DNA of 64,000 nucleotides from a plasmid: sequence record NZ_CP024444.1; one strand, 5' to 3'. Shown piece by piece: positions 56,895 to 64,000 of this stretch (position 1 is its first letter; each line of letters starts with the position of its first letter). The notes under the pieces were generated by a model. It saw only the letters and a program-made list of their open reading frames with translations, ran no database searches and was not told where the DNA came from. The position numbers and the translations under genes were made by a program.

Positions 56895-57428
56895 ATGAAA
56901 AAATTACTCCCTTTATTATTGATTAGTTCAACTGCTTTTGCTGGCTACCCTGACGAGCCAGCAACTAAGCCTAGAGGCGGTTCATCAGCTGGCATTAACT
57001 TTAGCGTTTGTCATTACAATGGTAGCCCGATTAATTACTGTGGTGCCAAAAATGCCAATACCTTGCACAGTTTTGATAAAACCAAACCTACCTTTTTAGG
57101 TCGTTATATCCCTATTGTGTTAAAACCTAGTGAGCTTGCATCCGGCAAAATCCCTAAAGATACACGCGGATTTTTACTGTATGACCCTGCGGCTAAAGCT
57201 GCCTATACATTCCCATGGGTTCTACAAACGCAAGAGGCAACGCCAGGTTCGCGTGCCTATCCTGTTCAAGTGCATTACAACCTAAAAAATTACCCAAAAA
57301 ATGCGATAGTATTTCAAGGTAATTTAACGTCAGAAGATTACGCTGAATATTCATCCTCATCTGTATCGGACGACGTGGTCTTTGTATTCAGTGACGAAAA
57401 AATTTTTGCGAATATTGAAGCCCAATAA
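56895..57428 (+). CDS. small secreted protein (paralogue 1)
   Basis: 177 aa; Sec signal; shares ..A.TFPWVLQ.. / ..DPA.K.A.T.PW.L.. with the next gene. Confidence 0.45.
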   Translation: MKKLLPLLLISSTAFAGYPDEPATKPRGGSSAGINFSVCHYNGSPINYCGAKNANTLHSFDKTKPTFLGRYIPIVLKPSELASGKIPKDTRGFLLYDPAAKAAYTFPWVLQTQEATPGSRAYPVQVHYNLKNYPKNAIVFQGNLTSEDYAEYSSSSVSDDVVFVFSDEKIFANIEAQ

Positions 57429-57441
57429 TGTGAGTACACCC

Positions 57442-58008
57442 ATGAAAAAACTACTAATCTCATTGGGTATTGTTGCCAGTACCTTAACTACTTTCACCCA
57501 AGCCGATGCCAGTATGGTTTTGGCTGGCATGGTGGTAAAAGGCGGTAGTCTAAAGCCATTACCCATTAAAGTTGATGTGTGCAAACAAAAAGGGGTAGGG
57601 GTTGATTACTGCAGTAGCAATAACATTGCCCTCATACGTGCCGGGGCAAATCACAAGCCTGCGAACTTTGACCATAATAAATATGTGCCTGTGGTCTTTA
57701 CGCCCTATGAAGTAAAAACAGGTGCGCTACCCAGTGATGCCAAAGCGTTTGTATTGTTTGACCCAGTGAAGCAAAAAGCCTTTACCTTGCCTTGGCTGCT
57801 ACGTCAACCACAACAAAAAGGTACTAACCAGCGCATCCCAATTAGTTTTCAGTTTAAAGATATTCAAGGTGCGCCATCCGACGTATTTGCAGTAGTGGCA
57901 GACTTGATTGCTGATAAAAACAACACCTTTATTTATAAAAATGCCCTTGAAGTGAATTATTTAATTTCTTTTGATGGTAAGAAATATTATCTTGGTGGCG
58001 ATTTTTAA
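57442..58008 (+). CDS. small secreted protein (paralogue 2)
   Basis: 188 aa after moving the start to MKKLLISLGIVAS..; Sec signal; paralogous to 56895-57428. Confidence 0.45.
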   Translation: MKKLLISLGIVASTLTTFTQADASMVLAGMVVKGGSLKPLPIKVDVCKQKGVGVDYCSSNNIALIRAGANHKPANFDHNKYVPVVFTPYEVKTGALPSDAKAFVLFDPVKQKAFTLPWLLRQPQQKGTNQRIPISFQFKDIQGAPSDVFAVVADLIADKNNTFIYKNALEVNYLISFDGKKYYLGGDF

Positions 58009-58168
58009 GGTGGCGAGTCATAGCACCTTCTCGGTTTGCTCGTTATTTCTGCCAAGAAAATAGCGAGTTTTTTTTATAAAAATCCGTAGTAGTTGTCTGT
58101 CTAATAAAGGAAATACAAACTATTGACAATGATGGTCTGACAGACTACTATTCTTGGTAAATAATTAA

Positions 58169-58179
58169 TTTTTAGCGAA
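58169..58179 (+). promoter_or_regulatory. island motif copy (TTTTTAGCGAA)
   Basis: Preceded by TAATTAAT; 16 nt upstream of ATG 58195. Confidence 0.55.
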
Positions 58180-58194
58180 CAAACGAGAGTCATA

Positions 58195-59262
58195 ATGGGA
58201 CTGTTATCAAAGTCAGGCAAATTGACTGGCAAGGCAGTTAAACACACCGTATTGTTACCACTATCGGTAGCCGTACCTAATGTGGTTTACAGTAATGCCA
58301 AGTTTATAAAATCAACGCTACAAAGCGTACCTTATCCTTTTTGCCCAGCTTGTGGCGAGTCTAAACTTACACCGATTGAATGGCATAAACTTCCTCAATC
58401 ATCCATGACTTATCTTGATGATACACCTGTTCCTGAATTACCAACTGATTATTCACCGACAGGGGTGTGGCGATGCGGTGAATGTGGTTATACCTTACGC
58501 GTCAATAAACCCACGCTACACGCCCTGCAGATTGCGCTAACCAAAGTCGGTCGCCAAGTCTATGAAACTACCGACATCCATAATCGACAAACCCCTGAAG
58601 CCAATAAGCGCATCCATGATATGGTTTCATCTCGCGTACTAGCCGCCCGTTTATTTGCTGGCGTGTTTGGTATGTTTATTTTGTTTATGATGTATGCCGC
58701 CTATCAAGGCAAACTCATGTTTTTGCTATCGCTAATTAGCATATCAAGCGTGGTATTGCTGTTATCAATTAAATCAGGCTACCGTGCTTGGCAACTTTAC
58801 ACAGACAACATGTTCGCCCCCGATGCTAAGGCGCAATTTCTGTATTGGTTAAAAAACCACAAATGGTATCAATTCCCCATCGATGACGGCTACGATCCGT
58901 TTGATTTGCCCGTGGAAAACCCACAAGATGAGGAATATGACGAGATTGAATGCGAAGAGTTGACACCGACGCAAGCCGAACAGATCCTTGATGATCAATT
59001 TGAGCCTGAAGATGATGGGTTTGTCGACAACCAACCTCAAGATGGCGAAGATTTAGAGCACGACGCAGAAGACGAAGAGCTAAACCATAATTATGCTAAC
59101 TCTGTTAAAAAAACCAATTATGGCACCAGTCAATCGATGAAGCCGGATGTTGTTGTAAAACCTGTGTATGAAGAAGAGTTAACCGAGCAGGGCGACACCA
59201 CGCCTGAAGCAACACAATCAGTCAGTTTAGTGAAAACCGATGTAAGTAACCCACAACCGTAA
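58195..59262 (+). CDS. zinc-ribbon / two-TM membrane protein with highly acidic C-terminal tail
   Basis: Two CxxC pairs (CPACG ... CGECG), two TM helices, then a D/E-rich tail (..DEEYDEIECEELTPTQAEQILDDQFEPEDDGFVD..). Island motif 16 nt upstream of the ATG. Confidence 0.45.
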   Translation: MGLLSKSGKLTGKAVKHTVLLPLSVAVPNVVYSNAKFIKSTLQSVPYPFCPACGESKLTPIEWHKLPQSSMTYLDDTPVPELPTDYSPTGVWRCGECGYTLRVNKPTLHALQIALTKVGRQVYETTDIHNRQTPEANKRIHDMVSSRVLAARLFAGVFGMFILFMMYAAYQGKLMFLLSLISISSVVLLLSIKSGYRAWQLYTDNMFAPDAKAQFLYWLKNHKWYQFPIDDGYDPFDLPVENPQDEEYDEIECEELTPTQAEQILDDQFEPEDDGFVDNQPQDGEDLEHDAEDEELNHNYANSVKKTNYGTSQSMKPDVVVKPVYEEELTEQGDTTPEATQSVSLVKTDVSNPQP

Positions 59263-59274
59263 TAGGTTGTTAAT

Positions 59275-59285
59275 TTTTAGCGAAT
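59275..59285 (+). promoter_or_regulatory. island motif copy (TTTTTAGCGAA)
   Basis: 17 nt upstream of ATG 59303. Confidence 0.55.
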
Positions 59286-59302
59286 TAATCTAAAGAGATA
59301 CC

Positions 59303-60358
59303 ATGAAAAATCCCAACGTCACGCGAAACACGTTTGCGACTTTATTGGTGGTGCTCGCGAATTCACCAGCCTTCGGTGGGCTGGCTAATATGAGTTCGCA
59401 ACAACTAGCCTCGTTTGCCAATCAAAATGTCGCATTCGGTAATAACTACGCTAACCCTAATGTGGGGATGCAAAGCAACAATGGCTATGTGACCGTAACG
59501 GGTATGCCTGAACCACAATTAACCCCAAAGCAATTGGATGCGTTAAGATTGGTTAATAAACTTGGCGGTGATCCAAGCCGTCGCACGGCAACTGGCTCAA
59601 GTTATAACGCTGTATCGTACACCACGCCAGCGCGTTCACCGAGTCAGATTACCATAAGCCGTTATTATCCGGCTAATGGCAATCGGGCATCTATGCCTAT
59701 TAATCAAACCCTGCCTGTTAATAAAGCCTTGCAAAACCAACAACCGTATGTGGTACGTCCAATGCCACAGCAACCACCAAGTTTTACACCAAATAAATCG
59801 GCAGCCACCCAAGAACCAATATTTAGACCGTTAAGCTATTATCAGGCGCAGTTGCCACAACCTGTTAGCCCAACTGAAGACTATACCGTGACAACAATTA
59901 AGGGGTCAGATTACCCAATCGGTAAGCCTACGCTGGCATGTGTGGCACAAGCCGCCCAAAGACAAGATGTTCCGGTAGACGTGATGCTTGCGATTAATAG
60001 CATCGAACAGGGTCAAATTGGCGAAATGCCATCTAAGCGCGGTGGTGGTTATCACATGGGTGCGTTTCAGATTAATACTACCCAAATGCCACGCCTTCAT
60101 ACCGATAAATCTACGCAATTTGATGTACTAAATCGCGGTTGCTTTAATGCCCAAATTGCAGCGGTTTTACTAAGCGACGCTATACACAAAGATACGGGCA
60201 AATATGCCAACTGGGATAAATATGCCAAAGCTGCTGGATATCATTCTTGGAACCCAGGACCTAATGCTGTGTATCGCCAAAAACTCATTAATTACACCCA
60301 GCAATGGCGGGCTTGGTTGCGTGAAAATAACCTGACACAGTATATCTCTGATTTTTAG
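59303..60358 (+). CDS. SLT-domain lytic transglycosylase (VirB1-like)
   Basis: Signal peptide; C-terminal GH23 motifs ..MLAINSIEQG.. (catalytic Glu), ..MGAFQIN.., ..AAGYHSWNPG... Island motif upstream. Confidence 0.65.
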   Translation: MKNPNVTRNTFATLLVVLANSPAFGGLANMSSQQLASFANQNVAFGNNYANPNVGMQSNNGYVTVTGMPEPQLTPKQLDALRLVNKLGGDPSRRTATGSSYNAVSYTTPARSPSQITISRYYPANGNRASMPINQTLPVNKALQNQQPYVVRPMPQQPPSFTPNKSAATQEPIFRPLSYYQAQLPQPVSPTEDYTVTTIKGSDYPIGKPTLACVAQAAQRQDVPVDVMLAINSIEQGQIGEMPSKRGGGYHMGAFQINTTQMPRLHTDKSTQFDVLNRGCFNAQIAAVLLSDAIHKDTGKYANWDKYAKAAGYHSWNPGPNAVYRQKLINYTQQWRAWLRENNLTQYISDF

Positions 60359-60435
60359 GAAAAAAGTGCATAGCATGTGTCATTAATTGAAATTAGTTCA
60401 AAAACTATAGAGGTGAATATGAAAAAATTAGCAAT

Positions 60436-60792
60436 ATGCGGTTAAAAAAAACTGGGCAAGTAACCTTGTATTTTTTCTTTGCTAATAATAACAATGGGCT
60501 AGTTTTCTATAAAATAGTAAGATATTTTATGCTACAAAACATACGAGATACATATATTGAGCGTACTCGTCAAGGTCAAGATGAAGTATTGCTTAAAATC
60601 ATTAGCCCAAGTTACTGCTATGCTAAATGTAATAAAAAAGATGTGCCACTTTTTATTTGTACGCTTAGTGACAACGATGAAACAATCAATATTAGTGATA
60701 ATTTAAAATTTTTCAGAAATGAAGAGGATGCTTATTGGGCAGCCGTCAATTCAGGCAATAAGAATTTACCGATGACAAGACCTAAGACATGA
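60436..60792 (+). CDS. hypothetical protein in AT-rich segment
   Basis: ORF in a region of about 30% GC; start uncertain (internal Met at residue 32 is equally plausible). Confidence 0.25.
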   Translation: MRLKKTGQVTLYFFFANNNNGLVFYKIVRYFMLQNIRDTYIERTRQGQDEVLLKIISPSYCYAKCNKKDVPLFICTLSDNDETINISDNLKFFRNEEDAYWAAVNSGNKNLPMTRPKT

Positions 60793-60871
60793 ATCTTTGA
60801 AGGTGTTTTTCAAAAGCGGTAGATGGAAAGCGAGAAGTTTGTTAAATTTGAAGAAGAAGTAGGACATCATT

Positions 60872-61093
60872 ATGGAAGAAATTAGCATCTCAATGAAACT
60901 CTTTATAATAGGTAATGCGGTATTTTTCGTATTACTTTTTGGCAGCAGAGTATACCGCTTTTTTGAACTTCGCCGTCGTGAAAAGCAGTGGGATCGTGAA
61001 GAATTAATTGATAAATTTGGTGAAAATTATCAAAATAATCCTGAATACCTTGAATATAAAGCCTTGATGAAAAAGGTAGGGATTAAGGTTTAG
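60872..61093 (+). CDS. hypothetical small single-TM protein
   Basis: 73 aa, N-terminal TM, charged C-terminus. Confidence 0.3.
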   Translation: MEEISISMKLFIIGNAVFFVLLFGSRVYRFFELRRREKQWDREELIDKFGENYQNNPEYLEYKALMKKVGIKV

Positions 61094-61142
61094 TAAGTTT
61101 AAGCGACAAACAATGACGTAAATTAATTGATAAGGAATCAAA

Positions 61143-61670
61143 ATGTCTTTTTTAAACCAGGTTAAAGGTTTATTTGTGAATGGCCAAAAGGTAGCTGATA
61201 TTGAAGAAGATTCAGTGATTGAAATTAGACCAAAAACGGTAAATGCCTCAGTTGGTAATGGATGTGTTAATCATGGTGTTCATAACAGCCCTAATAGTAA
61301 TGTAGTAAATAGCTTCATTGGGAACCAACGTATTCAAGCTAATTCTGTAGGTGCGGTTATTGGTGACAATGCAAATATCTGTGTTAATCAGTCAAAAGTT
61401 ATTGTCGATGGCTTTGAATACACCCTATCTGATTTTACTAATGATGAAGTGATAAAGATTGAAATTTATGGTGATATCGATGAGCTTAAAACAAATAGTG
61501 GTGATGCAGTCGTTAATGGTAATGTAAATAGCGTTAAAACACAAAGCGGCGATATTGAGATTATTGGTGAAGTTAACGGTGACATAAAAACTATGTCAGG
61601 TGATGTAAAAGTTAAGGGCAATATTCATGGTAAGGTTTCTACGATGTCAGGTGACGTTAAACATAGTTAG
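61143..61670 (+). CDS. bactofilin-like beta-helical repeat protein
   Basis: Repeating ..SGDxxVxGNVxxVKTxSGDIEIIGEVNGDIKTMSGDVKVKGNIHGKV.. pattern typical of bactofilin beta-helix rungs. Confidence 0.4.
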   Translation: MSFLNQVKGLFVNGQKVADIEEDSVIEIRPKTVNASVGNGCVNHGVHNSPNSNVVNSFIGNQRIQANSVGAVIGDNANICVNQSKVIVDGFEYTLSDFTNDEVIKIEIYGDIDELKTNSGDAVVNGNVNSVKTQSGDIEIIGEVNGDIKTMSGDVKVKGNIHGKVSTMSGDVKHS

Positions 61671-61697
61671 TTTCCGAACTATTTATTTTTAACTAAC

Positions 61698-61708
61698 TTT
61701 TAGCAAAT
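61698..61708 (+). promoter_or_regulatory. island motif variant (TTTTAGCAAAT)
   Basis: Degenerate copy upstream of ATG 61724. Confidence 0.3.
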
Positions 61709-61723
61709 ATATAGGAGAATTGT

Positions 61724-62347
61724 ATGCAACATGAGCATAAAAAAACTACTTTAGCGGTTTCAGAGCAATGTAGTCAAAATGAACCGCTAGAACAAATAGC
61801 AGATGACTTTAGAAAATATATGGGCGCTGCCCCACGAGTCGAACATTATATGAGCGATGAAAACAATACAAGTATTAGCCTTGAACAGCAGAGCAAATTA
61901 TATGAAATTTGGCTTAATGATCCGCTTGAAATTGATGAAAACAATTATCACCCACTAGAGTGCTCAATTCTTATAGATTATACTACTAAATTAGCAGATA
62001 AATATGGCACGCTTGATAAGGCGTTAGATAAATATGGTGATTTAAAGCTTGCTATTAGTGAACAACACCGTAGTATAGCCATGGCTGATAAAATGGCAGC
62101 TCTCGCTTTACATCAGATGTTAAAAGTTAATGACACTCATGCAGTTATGCGAGTCGTTGACGGTTGGATTTATTACTATGTAACCGATAAAAACGAATAT
62201 ACCCAAGGTGTGTTTGTACTTGATGACTGCAATAGAGCGACACACAATACGAAAGTTGAAATAAGACGTGTCATCAGACGACTTGAAGATGAAATTGAAA
62301 AAGGTTTTTTAATTTTGTCTAATAGTTATAGCTATTTAGAAAATTGA
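61724..62347 (+). CDS. hypothetical protein
   Basis: 207 aa; variant island motif (TTTTAGCAAAT) upstream; followed by a strong terminator. Confidence 0.4.
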   Translation: MQHEHKKTTLAVSEQCSQNEPLEQIADDFRKYMGAAPRVEHYMSDENNTSISLEQQSKLYEIWLNDPLEIDENNYHPLECSILIDYTTKLADKYGTLDKALDKYGDLKLAISEQHRSIAMADKMAALALHQMLKVNDTHAVMRVVDGWIYYYVTDKNEYTQGVFVLDDCNRATHNTKVEIRRVIRRLEDEIEKGFLILSNSYSYLEN

Positions 62348-62384
62348 TATCTTAACCAAATTTAGAGACTTAAAATTATAGATA

Positions 62385-62414
62385 AAAACCTCACTAATTT
62401 TAGTGAGGTTTTTT
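62385..62414 (+). terminator. rho-independent terminator
   Basis: AACCTCACTA-ATTT-TAGTGAGGTT 10-bp stem followed by T6. Confidence 0.8.
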
Positions 62415-62668
62415 ACGTATTTTATAATTAATCAACTTTAAAACTATATTGGTAGTTTTTTACTTGTCCATTCACAGTCACATTGTCTAAGTTGACCGTA
62501 TAGTTTACGCCATACTCAAAGTCAGGGAATAAGAAGGACAGATTATTGGGGACACCCTGGCTTTGAGTGTCAAATAAAATGCCTGTTGGGAGATTGCAAG
62601 AATTTTTGTGTAAACCTAAAAATAGACCCAAATTAGCGATTAGTTAAAAAGCAAACAAATATTCTATA

Positions 62669-63232
62669 TTAATACCCCTCCACCCGATGACCGTATAACA
62701 TCACAAACTGTCTCATTGCAGGTTTCCAATCTTTAATCGGCATCGTCCATTTCTGCATCGTATTGATAAGCGCCATATAAATTGCCTTAAATACCGCATC
62801 ATCATTCGGGAAAGTCTTTTTGGTGCTCGTCACCTTTCTTAAACTGGCATTCAATGATTCAATGGTATTGGTGGTATAAATCACCCGTCTGATGTCTTTG
62901 GGATAATCAAAGAACGTGGTTAATCGCCCCCAGTTTTCTTGCCAGGACTTGGATATCTGTGGATGTTCGCCGTCCCATTTTTCAGCAAAGGCAAGCAAAT
63001 TATCTTCCGCTTCAGCAAGGGTATCCGCCCCGTAAATGGTTTTTAAATCAGTCGCTATTTCTTTTCTTTGTTTATAGCTGACATACTTCAATGAGTTTCT
63101 AACTTGGTGGACAATACACAGTTGAACCTTGGTTTTAGGAAATACCGTTTCAATTGCTTCAGGAAAGCCTTTTAGTCCATCACAGCAGGCAATAAATATA
63201 TCATTAACCCCACGGTTTTTAAGCTCGTTCAT
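62669..63232 (-). pseudogene. IS256-family (Mutator-type) transposase, C-terminal fragment
   Basis: 187 aa matching only the C-terminal half of IS256-family transposases (..VHQVRNSLKYV.., ..YTTNTIESLN..). The N-terminal half is replaced by an IS3-family insertion. Confidence 0.75.
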
Positions 63233-63341
63233 TACTGAAACCCAGAACTTGGCCCCCTCATTCTATAATACTCCCAGAAAATTAGACCAAAAATTCGTAG
63301 CAAATAAGATAGAATAACCTTTAGAAAAAGAGGTCTATCTA

Positions 63342-63632
63342 ATGACAAAAGTTCGTAAACGTCACAATGCTGAATTTAAAAGCAAAGTTGCTGTTGAAGC
63401 AATTAAAGAGCAAAAAACAATCAATGAACTGACCGCAGAATATGGCGTACATGCAACCCAAATCAGCAACTGGAAAAAGCAAGCCTTGGCTGTCATACCA
63501 AGTGCCTTTAACACCAAACAGCAAGACAACGAACAAGCCCAGCAAGCCACTATCGATGAACTGCATCGGCAACTGGGGCAAGTCATTAGCGAGCGAGACT
63601 GGCTTAAAAAAAAGTCCTCACAGCTCGCTTAG
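63342..63632 (+). CDS. IS3-family transposase OrfA
   Basis: 96 aa; HTH plus leucine zipper; A8G slippery run at 63606-63614 near its 3' end. Confidence 0.75.
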   Translation: MTKVRKRHNAEFKSKVAVEAIKEQKTINELTAEYGVHATQISNWKKQALAVIPSAFNTKQQDNEQAQQATIDELHRQLGQVISERDWLKKKSSQLA

Positions 63633-64000
63633 AGGCTCGTAAACAACTGCTAGAGCCTAACAGCAAGGAGTTCAGTACTCGTAAGCAATGTGAGTTACTG
63701 GGTATCAACCGCTCAAGCCTGTATTATCAACCAAAGCCCATCAGCGAGCTTGATATCACCTTGATGAACCTGCTTGACAAGCAATATACCAAAGCCCCAT
63801 TTTACGGGGTCAAACGCATGACAGTGTATGTGAGACAATTAGGCTATAATGTCAATCACAAGCGAGTACGCAGACTATTGCGGCAAATGGGGCTAGATGC
63901 CATCTATCAGCGTCCTAACACCAGTAAACCCAATCCTGAGCATCAAGTTTATCCGTATTTGCTTAGAAATGTACCCATTACACGGTGTAATCAGGTATGG
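63611..64000 (+). CDS. IS3-family transposase OrfB (5' portion; runs off the window)
   Basis: The -1 frame after the slippery run encodes ..LGINRSSLYYQPKP..FYGVKRMTVYVRQLGYNVNHKRVRRLLRQMGL.., typical of an IS3 OrfB N-terminus. Confidence 0.65.

Noticed and set aside
62428-62631. 67-aa minus-strand ORF between the terminator and the IS256 remnant
   Set aside because: No start context or domain. It possibly encodes a fragment of a gene destroyed by the IS256 insertion, and there is too little to call.

Overview
The window reads as a low-GC (roughly 40-43%) gammaproteobacterial sequence. A Moraxellaceae-like background (Psychrobacter/Acinetobacter/Moraxella) is only a tentative guess from IS types and codon usage. 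It splits into two parts. (1) Positions 1-20.9 kb are an accessory metabolic/efflux block: LysE and EamA exporters, two AraC regulators, two divergent MocR-EamA modules, PhzF, an Asp/Glu-racemase-family gene, long-form LeuA and DJ-1/PfpI. It is peppered with insertion sequences: a complete IS5-family element at 3.8-4.7 kb, two inverted IS3 left-end remnants bracketing a DUF421 gene, and a contiguous IS3 -> IS1 -> IS5 pile-up at 17.6-20.9 kb. It also carries a Tat-signal lipoprotein class A beta-lactamase next to IS remnants. (2) Positions 21-62.4 kb are an IS-bounded island that opens with a large tyrosine-recombinase-like gene and encodes a Dot/Icm-like type IVB secretion system. I recognise homologues of DotI/IcmL, DotH/IcmK, DotG/IcmE (VirB10-like C-terminus), DotF/IcmG, DotE/IcmC, two tandem DotP/IcmD-like proteins, DotN/IcmJ (Cys/His-rich), the DotO/IcmB ATPase and a TraG/VirD4-type coupling protein. 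They sit in the same relative order as Legionella region II (icmL-K-E-G-C-D-J-B). A roughly 6 kb accessory insert lies between the dotN and dotO homologues: an unknown 479-aa protein, a MORN-repeat lipoprotein, an acidic 529-aa protein on the opposite strand, a degenerate HUH/RAYT-like protein and a staphylococcal-nuclease-like lipoprotein. Downstream are a TnpB-only IS200/605 element, an XRE regulator, a DsbC/TrbB-like thioredoxin, an M23+GH23-like peptidoglycan hydrolase followed by two paralogous secreted proteins, a zinc-ribbon membrane protein, an SLT lytic transglycosylase and many genes of unknown function. A short A/T-rich motif (consensus AATTTTTAGCGAA) lies 4-30 nt upstream of the start of at least 11 island transcription units and about 160 nt upstream of one more, including the integrase-like gene, which suggests a dedicated island regulon. 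The right edge is an IS256-family transposase remnant interrupted by an IS3-family element that runs off the window. No rRNA, tRNA or CRISPR array was seen.
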